A stretch of 63,997 bases of DNA, counting the filler. It is 5 parts of 5 records of this genome, joined end to end, with 100 filler letters (N's around TTAATTAATTAA, not from the genome) between each part and the next. Parts side by side here need not be neighbours in the genome. Positions count along the whole stretch, not along the records: positions 1 to 13,040 come from SRR31156797_8334; 4 more parts are not named here. One strand, written 5' to 3'. This document shows, one piece after another, positions 1 to 8,919 of this stretch (the first letter of the stretch is position 1; each line of letters begins with the position of its first letter). Both the position numbers and the translations under genes were made by a program. Under the pieces are notes generated by a model, which had not been told where the DNA came from, did no database searches, and worked only from the letters and a program-made list of their open reading frames with translations.

Positions 1-1536
1 CTTACCATGTCTCATAAGAGCTACACGGTCACATATCTCCTCCAGGAAATCCATGTCATGTGATACGATAACGAATGTATCGCCCATCTTCTCACGTGCT
101 TCCAGGATAGACTTTGTGACTTCTTTCTTGGTGAACGGGTCCATGGTTCCCGTTGGTTCATCCATTACAATAATATTCGGCTCCTTCATAAGTATTTGAG
201 CCAATGCAACCCTGTGTCTCTCACCTTCACTAACTTCATCTGACATCTTCGATAATATAGATTTTGCCTTCTCCTCTGTAAATCCTGTTGCCTGAAGGGT
301 ATTTATCGCCTTTCTTACAGCCAGTTCATATGGAAGGTCAATACCAATTGACTCTGTGAGATTGTCAATGATTGTTCTGTGGGTATAGAGGCCGTATTCC
401 TGATGAAGGATACCCATGTACTTGACCGCACGACCCCTGCATTCAGGCCCAGGCTTCTTCATGTCCACCCATTCTTCTCCGACACGTACCTGGATCTCAC
501 CACTTGTAGGCTGCACGATTCCCATAAGAACCTCAGATGTAGTGGTCTTTCCTGCACCACTTGTACCTGCAAGTCCGAATATCTCTCCTTCTTTCACGTC
601 AAAGGAGATATCATTAACGGCGTAAACAACGCCCCTACTGACGGAGATGTACTTCTTGACAAGATTATCCACCTTGATCAAAGGATCACCTACAATGACA
701 TCGCACTTCTTTTCCACAGCACATACCATCTGCATGAATTCCTTTGCAACCTCAGAAGGTTCACCTTCCTTTACAATTACACCGTCCTCAAGAATGATAG
801 CCTTGTCTGCAAGGTCCTCCACTACCTCTGACCAGTGTGAAGTGATGACCATTGTCATGTTGTAGTCCTTAACAGCCTGTGCAATGACATCGTGAACCAC
901 ATCAGCGGTCCTGGGATCAAGTGTACCTGTTGGTTCATCCGCAATAAGAAGCATAGGATCCCTGACAAGCTGGCGCGCAAGCACAACCCTCTGTTTCTCT
1001 CCACCACTTAGGTCACGTGCCACATGCATCATGCGGTGTGAGAGCTGTACCTTCTCCAGAAGCTCCACAGCACGGGAAAGAGCCTTCTCACTGCTTACAC
1101 CGATTTCAGTAAGTGAATTCACCACATTAGTAATGACCCTGTCATCACCATATAGAGCGAATGTACGCTGGAGCATGATAGCGATCCTTTTGGTGATCTC
1201 ACGCCTGTCATTATCATGTAGTGAGAGTTTGATAAAATCTGCCTCAAAGGGCTTGAGGGTATCCTCACCACATGCAGAGCACTGCTGTCCTGCTTTGCCA
1301 GGTGGCTCTATATGTCCACATTTGTCGCATCTTGCGAGATGGTATATAACTTCGCCACTAATACCTTCATACTCTTCAACACCACGCAGGACGTGCATCA
1401 ATACTGTTTTCCCGGAACCGCTTCTTCCAAGGATACCAAGAACTTCTCCTTCGTTGATAGTCAGGTTTATATCTTTTAGGACTTTGACACCATCAAATTC
1501 AAGTGTCAGGTTTTTGACTTCGATAAATAATGCCAT
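1..1536 (-). CDS. atwA: Methyl-coenzyme M reductase system component A2 (dual ABC ATPase with Cys motifs), 3' end beyond window
   Basis: Not in the ORF track (no stop in window). Minus-strand translation from ATG 1536 gives MALFIEVKNL..GEVLGILGRSGSGKT, CDKC..CSAC, LSGGEKQRVVLARQL, a second cassette GTSGAGKTT and LSEGERHRVALAQ..MDEPTGTMDP. Confidence 0.9.
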   Translation of the reverse strand, partial: MALFIEVKNLTLEFDGVKVLKDINLTINEGEVLGILGRSGSGKTVLMHVLRGVEEYEGISGEVIYHLARCDKCGHIEPPGKAGQQCSACGEDTLKPFEADFIKLSLHDNDRREITKRIAIMLQRTFALYGDDRVITNVVNSLTEIGVSSEKALSRAVELLEKVQLSHRMMHVARDLSGGEKQRVVLARQLVRDPMLLIADEPTGTLDPRTADVVHDVIAQAVKDYNMTMVITSHWSEVVEDLADKAIILEDGVIVKEGEPSEVAKEFMQMVCAVEKKCDVIVGDPLIKVDNLVKKYISVSRGVVYAVNDISFDVKEGEIFGLAGTSGAGKTTTSEVLMGIVQPTSGEIQVRVGEEWVDMKKPGPECRGRAVKYMGILHQEYGLYTHRTIIDNLTESIGIDLPYELAVRKAINTLQATGFTEEKAKSILSKMSDEVSEGERHRVALAQILMKEPNIIVMDEPTGTMDPFTKKEVTKSILEAREKMGDTFVIVSHDMDFLEEICDRVALMRHGK

Positions 1537-1784
1537 TTGATTTCCTCCGCCCAGGGTTGCATAGGGTTCCGTTACACTAGTGATGATATGCATATCTACT
1601 CAAATTACTTAACGGTTTTGTAGATTACACACAAAACTAGCCCATTGGAGCCCATGCAGACCTGATAACAAGTTTTTAGCGATATTTTTTAAAGATTTAG
1701 GTGTTGGATTATTGAACTCAATACATAAACATAACGCATCCTCTTCGCGGTGTTAACTTCTAAAACCGGCGTTACATGACGTTT

Positions 1785-2603
1785 TTATAATGTTGTGTTT
1801 TGAGTCAGATTTTTTACAATGTCCACTACATCAAAGATATTGCCTATGTTGACATCCGCCGCATCCATGAGTACCTGCGGCCTTTCATCTCCCTGCTGGG
1901 AGGTCAGAACTCCCATATCGGCTGCCTTCAATGCCAGTATATCATTCATGCCGTCTCCCACCATGAGAACCGTATCATAGCTCTTTTTGAGATCAATGAC
2001 AATGCGCTCCTTGTCGCGAGTTGTGGCAACCGGGTAAACAGACCCTGTTGGAATATCCAGAAAAGAGGCAAGGTTACTTAGATTGTGGGCATCATCCCCA
2101 GATGCTATATATATGTCAGTTCCAAGTTCTCTGAGAGTTTTGATAGTCTCAGTCGTGCTTGAGTACGCCTGCCCCCCCGTACTAAGGACATAAGGCACGA
2201 TGTTTTCCTGGGAGTCAACGATCAGCCCTGCAGCAATATAGAACACATTAGGACAGCGGCCTCTGACCAGACTTAGGACATCATTGATATCACTTACTTT
2301 TGTGTCGTTCTTTCTGATGATTTCATATACATCATCAAGATGGAAAGGACTGCTTGAACAACTGATACCAAGATTGATATCATACATGTCAATGAACTCA
2401 TGCAATTCCATCCCCGGGTCGCAATTATCAAGTTCATCGAAGCGTGTACGAAGGACCACAAGGGCCTGATATTCCTTCTGAGCCACCAGAAGGGTTGTCT
2501 GTACATCTTCAAGAATAGAACCAGTGTTCATATCCTTTGCAACACGATACATATGCAACAATGTCCCGGCACTGTCAAAGACAACAGCAACACGTTTTTC
2601 CAT
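1785..2603 (-). CDS. HAD-superfamily hydrolase (soluble P-type-ATPase-like)
   Basis: VVFDSAGTL motif I, IASGD, MVGDGMNDILALKAAD motif. Confidence 0.8.
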   Translation of the reverse strand: MEKRVAVVFDSAGTLLHMYRVAKDMNTGSILEDVQTTLLVAQKEYQALVVLRTRFDELDNCDPGMELHEFIDMYDINLGISCSSSPFHLDDVYEIIRKNDTKVSDINDVLSLVRGRCPNVFYIAAGLIVDSQENIVPYVLSTGGQAYSSTTETIKTLRELGTDIYIASGDDAHNLSNLASFLDIPTGSVYPVATTRDKERIVIDLKKSYDTVLMVGDGMNDILALKAADMGVLTSQQGDERPQVLMDAADVNIGNIFDVVDIVKNLTQNTTL

Positions 2604-2715
2604 AAATTATGATAGGATTTTATCGAATATACATTTAGTCGTGGATAATATGCCAGATAGAAAACAATGCCAAATGACTAATATGCAAGCAACTACAATT
2701 TTCAGCTTAGTTGTC

Positions 2716-3429
2716 ATGAAAATTAACAACCGGATATTAATTGTAGTGATAGTTCTCATTGCACTGGCGTTTGTATCAGAGAGCCTTGATCGTTCAGATA
2801 GCAATGAAACCATTCTTATTTCAGAGCCGTGGGATCACAGCCCTATTACTGTATACATTGACGATGACAATGTACCTGAACATTATAGCCCAAGCTACAG
2901 AACAGATGTGAAGAAAGCCCTTGACTACTGGGAAAGCGGCGGCAACGGGCAAGTTGCATATGAAGCTGTTTTTGAGATCGTTGAAGAAGAAAGCGCTGAT
3001 ATAGTGATTGTTTGGGTTGATAACCTCGAAAAAGAGGCAGGCGTTAAGGACGGTGTTGCCGGATACACCAGGCCATCGGTTGTGAACGGAAAATACGAGC
3101 ATGCATACATCGTACTGGAAACGGGTAATTACCAGGGATATTCATGGTCCCAATACGGAGATACTGACATGCAGTACATAGCCACCCATGAACTGGGACA
3201 TGCCCTTGGACTCGGTCATAGCAATGACAGGGACGATATAATGTACCCAACTTATGATCGAAAAGAAAGTGTAAACCCGCTACTGTTGCAATCTACATGG
3301 CCACTACTTCTAATTCTTATTATTATTGCTGTCATTATTATTTCGTATCACGGGACCGGATGGCTTCGATTCAGGAAAAAGAGAAAAAATCTTGAAGATG
3401 GGATATTCAGTGAGGATGAAAATGAATGA
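2716..3429 (+). CDS. Matrixin-family (M10) zinc metalloprotease, N-terminal signal/TM and C-terminal TM anchor
   Basis: HELGHALGLGHS..DIMYP zincin/Met-turn; start moved to MKINNRIL (2716) because the longer ORF overlaps the divergent gene. Confidence 0.85.
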   Translation: MKINNRILIVVIVLIALAFVSESLDRSDSNETILISEPWDHSPITVYIDDDNVPEHYSPSYRTDVKKALDYWESGGNGQVAYEAVFEIVEEESADIVIVWVDNLEKEAGVKDGVAGYTRPSVVNGKYEHAYIVLETGNYQGYSWSQYGDTDMQYIATHELGHALGLGHSNDRDDIMYPTYDRKESVNPLLLQSTWPLLLILIIIAVIIISYHGTGWLRFRKKRKNLEDGIFSEDENE

Positions 3430-3799
3430 TATGACCATCTTTCAGGCCATACTAAGATATTTTGGCGGAGAAGTCATCGATTTTTCAGATTATGACGTAG
3501 ACCTGTCCGACCTCACCGAATTTCAGTGCAGAGTCCTTGAGGAAGTAAGAAAGGTACCTTACGGGGAAACAGTGACATATCAGGAACTTGCCTGCCGCAT
3601 CGGAAAAGAAGGTGCTGCCAGAGCCGTTGGAACTGCAGTTGCCAGGAATCCGTACCCTGTAATCATACCCTGTCATCGGGTGGTATCATCCTCCGGGATC
3701 GGCGGATTTTGTGGGGAGACCTGTGGCGAGAAGGTGGAACTGAAAAGAAGGATGCTGGAAATGGAAGCTGGCAAGCCCTCTGAGGAAATAGATGAATAA
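3422..3799 (+). CDS. ogt: Methylated-DNA-protein-cysteine methyltransferase (short form)
   Basis: VPYGETVTY, ARAVG, NPYPVIIPCHRVV active site; start uncertain (3416/3422). Confidence 0.88.
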   Translation: MNDMTIFQAILRYFGGEVIDFSDYDVDLSDLTEFQCRVLEEVRKVPYGETVTYQELACRIGKEGAARAVGTAVARNPYPVIIPCHRVVSSSGIGGFCGETCGEKVELKRRMLEMEAGKPSEEIDE

Positions 3800-3832
3800 T
3801 ACTTTTACAGATATCCATAAGGAGAGAAGAAC

Positions 3833-5551
3833 ATGTTCGGATGGACAGGAAGAATGGTAGTTGTTGAACTGGGGAAGAGTTCTGTAACTGAAACCAGAAC
3901 AAGAAAAGCCTTTGCAGAACAGTTCATTGGAGGCAGGGGACTGGGATGCCGACTGATGGAAGAGTTTGCAGAACCAACCGTGGACCCGTTAGGACCTGAG
4001 AACCCGCTCATATTCACAACCGGACCACTTACAGGGACTACGGCTCCCATGTCAGGACACTTTGCTGTCACATGCAGGGCACCTCTTACCACGACCATAT
4101 TCAGTTCCAATTCAGGAGGACACTTTGGAGCCGAGCTTAAATTCGCAGGCATCGATGCCCTTGTGATTACGGGAAAGGCAGAAAGACCAGTATATCTCAG
4201 CATCTATGACGAGGATGTGGAGATACTGGATGCCGGGCACCTCTGGGGAAAAAGCACCTCCGAGACCACCGCAATATTTGAAAAAAGGGACAAAGGGAAA
4301 ACTAAGGTCGCATGTATTGGCAAAGCAGGAGAGAGGCTGGTCAGCATGGCGAACATCGTCAATGATAGTATATATTCCAGTGGTCGTGGCGGACACGGTG
4401 CTGTTGCAGGTTCAAAGAACCTGAAAGCTATTGTTGTCAGGGGCACGAACAGGGTCCAGATAGCAGAACCCAATGCCTTTGAAGAGGATGTTGAAAAGGT
4501 AAAAAAACTGCTTGTGGCAAACCCACCGGCATCAAAGGGACTGAAGAAATATGGCAGTTCAGTTATATCAGACCTGCTCGATTATACAGGAGCACTTCCT
4601 GCACGCAATTTCAGTGAAAGGGGAGGTAAAAGTTCCGGGAAACTCTCTGCTGAGAAGCTCAACAAGGATCATAAGATAGAACAAAGACCATGTTATGCAT
4701 GTCCTATCGGATGCAGAAGAACTGCAGATGATGACAGCCCCATACCAGATTTCGATTCGATCTGGGCATTCGGACCTAACATCGGCAACGATGACATGGA
4801 ACTTATCAGGGAAATGGACAGGCTCTGTTTCGACTACGGACTGGACCCTCTCTCATGTGGTGCTTCCATTGCTGCATACATGGAAGTAAATCCCTGGATG
4901 AAGATGGACGAAGTGAAAGGAATGATACTTGAGATTGGGAGCCGAAAACATGAGGTCTACAGGGGTTCACATGCCTACCTTTGTTCTGTCGATAAAGAAG
5001 AATACAGCACTTCGGTTAAGGGACTGGAACTTCCGGGCTATGACCCCAGGGAGATGGCAGGAATGGCAATAGCCTATGCAACTTCCAACACAGGAGGATC
5101 GCATCTAAGCGCTTTCATGGTGGCTCCTGAGATCATGGGTAAGCCGGTGCTGCTTGACAGGAGATCGTTCGATGGAAAGGCTGCCCTTGTAAGACATTTC
5201 CAGAACCTAACAGCAGTGATAGACTCAATGGTCATGTGTCCGTTCTCAATGCTTGCTGTGGGAGAGGTGGAACTTGCTTCCATGCTCAGTCACGCGACAG
5301 GAAAAGAATATTCTGCCGGGGAAATGCTAACGGCAGGCGAGAGGATATTCAACCTTGAGAGGATGTTCAACCTGAGAGCTGGATTCACATGGAAAGATGA
5401 TATGCTCCCGGAGAGGTTCTTTGGAAAGGATGGTATCGACAGGGGAGAATTCGAAAAGGCGATATCGGATTATTATCATTTCAGAGGGTGGGATGATGAT
5501 GGGGTGCCCGGGGAAGGGAAACTGAAGGAATTACATATAAATGCAGATTAA
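3833..5551 (+). CDS. Aldehyde:ferredoxin oxidoreductase family (tungstopterin)
   Basis: FIGGRGLG, SNSGGHFGAELKFAG, GRGGHGAVAGSKNLKAI, CYACPIGC, VKGLELPGYDPR. Confidence 0.9.
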   Translation: MFGWTGRMVVVELGKSSVTETRTRKAFAEQFIGGRGLGCRLMEEFAEPTVDPLGPENPLIFTTGPLTGTTAPMSGHFAVTCRAPLTTTIFSSNSGGHFGAELKFAGIDALVITGKAERPVYLSIYDEDVEILDAGHLWGKSTSETTAIFEKRDKGKTKVACIGKAGERLVSMANIVNDSIYSSGRGGHGAVAGSKNLKAIVVRGTNRVQIAEPNAFEEDVEKVKKLLVANPPASKGLKKYGSSVISDLLDYTGALPARNFSERGGKSSGKLSAEKLNKDHKIEQRPCYACPIGCRRTADDDSPIPDFDSIWAFGPNIGNDDMELIREMDRLCFDYGLDPLSCGASIAAYMEVNPWMKMDEVKGMILEIGSRKHEVYRGSHAYLCSVDKEEYSTSVKGLELPGYDPREMAGMAIAYATSNTGGSHLSAFMVAPEIMGKPVLLDRRSFDGKAALVRHFQNLTAVIDSMVMCPFSMLAVGEVELASMLSHATGKEYSAGEMLTAGERIFNLERMFNLRAGFTWKDDMLPERFFGKDGIDRGEFEKAISDYYHFRGWDDDGVPGEGKLKELHINAD

Positions 5552-5724
5552 CGAAATTAATTGGTTTTGAGGATGGGGCGATATAAAGACATTTATAGTT
5601 GATTCTTCAATTATAACCCCCACCATTACAGGAACCAAAGGTTAAATTCATATATAGCATTGGGAATTATACCAATATACCTTTTAAACTCATAACTTAT
5701 TGTTACGATTATGGAGGATTTCAA

Positions 5725-6108
5725 GTGAAAATACAAGTTGAAGTTAAAGAACTCAAGGAAGGCAAATACGTCATCGTGGACGATGAAGCCTGCTCTATCA
5801 AAAGCATATCCAAATCAAAGCCTGGTAAACACGGATCAGCAAAGGCAAGAATAGATGTCATAGGAATCTTTGACGGACAGAAGAGATCTATAATCGGTCC
5901 GGTATCCGATAAGATCTACGTCCCTGTAGTCGAGAGAAAGAACGCACAGGTACTCTCCGTTTCTGGTGATGTCGCACAGCTCATGGACATGGGCGATTTC
6001 TCAACATTCGAGATGAAGGTCCCTGATGAGTACAAGGACAGAGTCGTTGAGGGTGAAGAGGTTTCCTACCTTACCGCAATGGGCAAGATGAAGTTCGATC
6101 TCAGATGA
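5725..6108 (+). CDS. eif5a: Translation factor aIF-5A
   Basis: SKPGKHGSAKARI hypusination motif; GTG start with GGAGG upstream. Confidence 0.95.
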   Translation: MKIQVEVKELKEGKYVIVDDEACSIKSISKSKPGKHGSAKARIDVIGIFDGQKRSIIGPVSDKIYVPVVERKNAQVLSVSGDVAQLMDMGDFSTFEMKVPDEYKDRVVEGEEVSYLTAMGKMKFDLR

Positions 6109-6151
6109 TCGAACCCTAAATCTTCTTTTCTTATTTCTCATCCACAAGATC

Positions 6152-7021
6152 ATGTTCCACAAACCTGATATGATGGATGCACTTGCAAGCTACGAGGATG
6201 CAAGGTATGTTATATTCGGCGTTCCTTTTGATGCTACATCTTCCTACAGACCCGGAAGTCGCTGGGCCCCTGATGCAATGAGGAAGGCCTCTGCTAATTT
6301 TGAGACATACAACGAGCATTTCGACATAGATTTCCAGGATCTGCTCATCCACGATGCAGGCAATCTCGAACCTTATTCTTCTGTGGACGAGACGCTGGAA
6401 GACCTCTACTTTGCCATGCGACCCATAGTAAAGGATGGCAAAGTACCCATCATGCTAGGTGGAGAGCACTCACTCACATATCCGTGCGTGAAGGCATGTG
6501 CCGAGGAAAACAATGAGGATATCGGATTTGTTGTCCTGGATGCACACTTCGACCTTCGTGAGGAGTACGGAGGCATCAGTAACAGCCATGCATGTGTTTC
6601 CAGACACATACGTGATGACATCACAGATACCTATGTAACCATAGGCGTTCGCAGCGGACCAAAGGAAGAATGGGCCTATGCAAAAGATAACGGACTCAAA
6701 TACTACACCGCAGACGATGTCCGTGAAATGGGCATCAAAGAGGTCATTTCCGGGGTAAAGGAATACCTCGGCGACAGGAAGATATACCTGTCACTTGACA
6801 TGGATGCACTTGACCCGGCCTACGCCCCCGGACTTGGCACACCGGAGCCATTCGGGCTCACAGACATCGATGTCCGTGAAGTAATACGTGAACTGGCGCC
6901 AATTTCCGTAGGTTTTGATGTCATGGAGATTGCTCCTGAATACGATAACGGCATAAGTGCACTGCTTGGAACGAAACTCCTCAGGGAATTTATCGCAGCA
7001 CATGCTGCAAGCAAGAGATAG
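6152..7021 (+). CDS. speB: Agmatinase (ureohydrolase family)
   Basis: GGEHS, DAHFD, SHAC, SLDMDALDPAYAPGLGTPEPFG motifs. Confidence 0.92.
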   Translation: MFHKPDMMDALASYEDARYVIFGVPFDATSSYRPGSRWAPDAMRKASANFETYNEHFDIDFQDLLIHDAGNLEPYSSVDETLEDLYFAMRPIVKDGKVPIMLGGEHSLTYPCVKACAEENNEDIGFVVLDAHFDLREEYGGISNSHACVSRHIRDDITDTYVTIGVRSGPKEEWAYAKDNGLKYYTADDVREMGIKEVISGVKEYLGDRKIYLSLDMDALDPAYAPGLGTPEPFGLTDIDVREVIRELAPISVGFDVMEIAPEYDNGISALLGTKLLREFIAAHAASKR

Positions 7022-7026
7022 GATTA

Positions 7027-7590
7027 CTACCCTTGTTTCTGTTTTTCTGACACCGAGCCCAGTTCCCACATGTCGATGAAGTTATCAAGCAGTTTGTCGA
7101 AGAAACTGCCTTTATAGGTGATTAATAGCCCTGCAACGGCCTCAGGATCCTTCACCTCGAAGTTGCTCTCCCTTCCATGAACAGCCTTGCTGACGATATC
7201 CGAGGCCACCATTTTGTTAAGATGCCATGATATCGTGGAAGGAGAAAGACCGACACTGGATGAGATAGTCTTATTGTTTATCCCCGGTTCTTCCATAAGT
7301 GCCATGAGAATATGCCTGCAGGCTTTTTTCCTTAAAAATGAAAGGATCTTCCGGTCATTTTCACTAAGTTCCCTGTCCTTCACAAAATAGCGAACGAACT
7401 GTTCGTCCCGATGTGTTGAGATAAGACCTTTCTTCTCCAGGTAATGAAGATGATACTGCAGATTCCCCACTGCTATACCAAGATGTCTTTCAAGTTCACG
7501 CAGGTGTATCCCCGGCGAACTCCGGATAGCTTCAAATATCCCTTTCCGGGTATCAAGCTCAAACTCAGGTTCCATTCTACTCCATTCCAT
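7027..7590 (-). CDS. Double winged-helix (ArsR/MarR-like) transcription regulator
   Basis: Two wHTH units (PGIHLRELERHLG..LQYHLHYLE; PGINNKTISSSVGLSPSTISWHLNKM); start 7590 or 7575. Confidence 0.8.
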   Translation of the reverse strand: MEWSRMEPEFELDTRKGIFEAIRSSPGIHLRELERHLGIAVGNLQYHLHYLEKKGLISTHRDEQFVRYFVKDRELSENDRKILSFLRKKACRHILMALMEEPGINNKTISSSVGLSPSTISWHLNKMVASDIVSKAVHGRESNFEVKDPEAVAGLLITYKGSFFDKLLDNFIDMWELGSVSEKQKQG

Positions 7591-7592
7591 GC

Positions 7593-7859
7593 TTATTCTT
7601 TTGTTATCATGGCAAAGAAGAACAGCAGCAAAACTGCAAAATTGAGGACACTTCCCCATACTTCCAGACTTTCCCCAATTGAGAATAAAGATTCTGTTGA
7701 ATCCAGAAAACCCATCAGAAAATAAGAGAAGAAAGCTGCAGTGACCAATAACAATTTCCTTCTACGCTCCCTCAGATATGCAGCAAGCGATATGGAGAAC
7801 AGTACCAGTGCCAGTATACTTGACAGCAGGACTATGACATTATCGATTTCCATTTCCAT
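7593..7859 (-). CDS. Small 3-TM membrane protein of unknown function
   Basis: 88 aa, three hydrophobic segments, AYLRERRRKLLLV loop; stop 2 nt upstream of the wHTH start. Confidence 0.7.
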   Translation of the reverse strand: MEMEIDNVIVLLSSILALVLFSISLAAYLRERRRKLLLVTAAFFSYFLMGFLDSTESLFSIGESLEVWGSVLNFAVLLLFFFAMITKE

Positions 7860-7920
7860 AAAGGCCCATCACCCCTTAGAGATAAAAAATAAAGTGAAAA
7901 GAAAGACATGTGTCTTCCTT

Positions 7921-8754
7921 TTATTCGGTTGTGATCTCCACAAGTTCAAGCACCTCGTCGCCTCCTACCACAGCTTCCTCTTTAAGGATACCAACGCCAC
8001 TGGCATAGTACTTGTTCTCCTCTACTCCGGGTTCAAGTGGTGTCCATTCCTTTGTCTGGAGACAATTATCGAATGAACCATATTCCACCGTGACGGACGC
8101 ATCAAGACTCAGCACCTCAGCCATGTCCTCAGCTTCACCTTCATAGTATTCCTGTTGATAAACATCGCCGACCTGTGGGTCTGCCTTCATAAGAATACCA
8201 GGTTCAGCTCCGTCGACTCCGGCTTCCCATGAGCCTGCCGTGCTCTCAAGCTTGCCGTCATCATACTCTTTGGAATCCTCACCGAAATACCAGACGTTGC
8301 CTTCATTATCGTTGGCATACCAATCGAATGTGTCTTCCACGAGCTCACCGTCTTCCCATTCTCTTTCTCTGACAACCATGGTCGTCACACCCATTATCTC
8401 TTTGGTCTGGTCGGTGATATACATCTCGATCCTGATATCCTCACCATCAGACTCGCCTTCAAGAACAAAGGTTGTTCCGACTTCCAGCGGGAAGTATGGA
8501 TTGTCAACAGGATCTGTGAAATCTGCAGGGTCTATCACGGAATCAGAAGAATCATCCATTTCCTCTTCCATAGCATCTTCCGGCATATCTTCAGGTTCAT
8601 CAGTCTCCATATCTGCCATATCAGCAGGATCCTCTTCCATTACGTCTTCTTCAGGCGTTTCTTCAGAGTATGTGGTATCAGTACATCCAGATACCATAAT
8701 TAATACCACTCCCATGAGAAACACCATTGCATATTTAATTACTTTAGTCTTCAT
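7921..8754 (-). CDS. Acidic lipoprotein of unknown function
   Basis: Lipobox IMVSGC, D/E/M-rich linker, beta-rich domain (DNPYFPL, VWYFGED, GSWEAGVDGA, KYYASGVG). Confidence 0.75.
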   Translation of the reverse strand: MKTKVIKYAMVFLMGVVLIMVSGCTDTTYSEETPEEDVMEEDPADMADMETDEPEDMPEDAMEEEMDDSSDSVIDPADFTDPVDNPYFPLEVGTTFVLEGESDGEDIRIEMYITDQTKEIMGVTTMVVREREWEDGELVEDTFDWYANDNEGNVWYFGEDSKEYDDGKLESTAGSWEAGVDGAEPGILMKADPQVGDVYQQEYYEGEAEDMAEVLSLDASVTVEYGSFDNCLQTKEWTPLEPGVEENKYYASGVGILKEEAVVGGDEVLELVEITTE

Positions 8755-8919
8755 GTTAACCCTTCCTTTTCTCCTCCGGACAGAAAAGTTACTAATTAAA
8801 GATAGGACCGGGTTATATTAACAATTCTGGTACAGCTATCGAATATTAATACAAGCTTCGAACAATTAGACCAAAATAGAAAAACAATGCATTCAATGGT
8901 AGCTGAAAAATAACTACTT

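Noticed and set aside
379-1540. Plus-strand ORFs over 379-1540
   Set aside because: Antisense shadows of atwA, which carries all the conserved motifs
1580-1665. GTGATGA...CTGA resembling an archaeal C/D-box sRNA
   Set aside because: Spacing of about 85 nt is long, no clear C'/D' boxes, and it lies antisense in the atwA upstream region; chance match likely
5725-7021. aIF5A-agmatinase adjacency
   Set aside because: Well-known archaeal synteny linked to polyamine/hypusine metabolism, not novel
7019-7029. Amber stops in a methanogen as possible pyrrolysine read-through
   Set aside because: Both proteins are complete at TAG; the wHTH TAG is followed by TAA and speB read-through would add only a few residues
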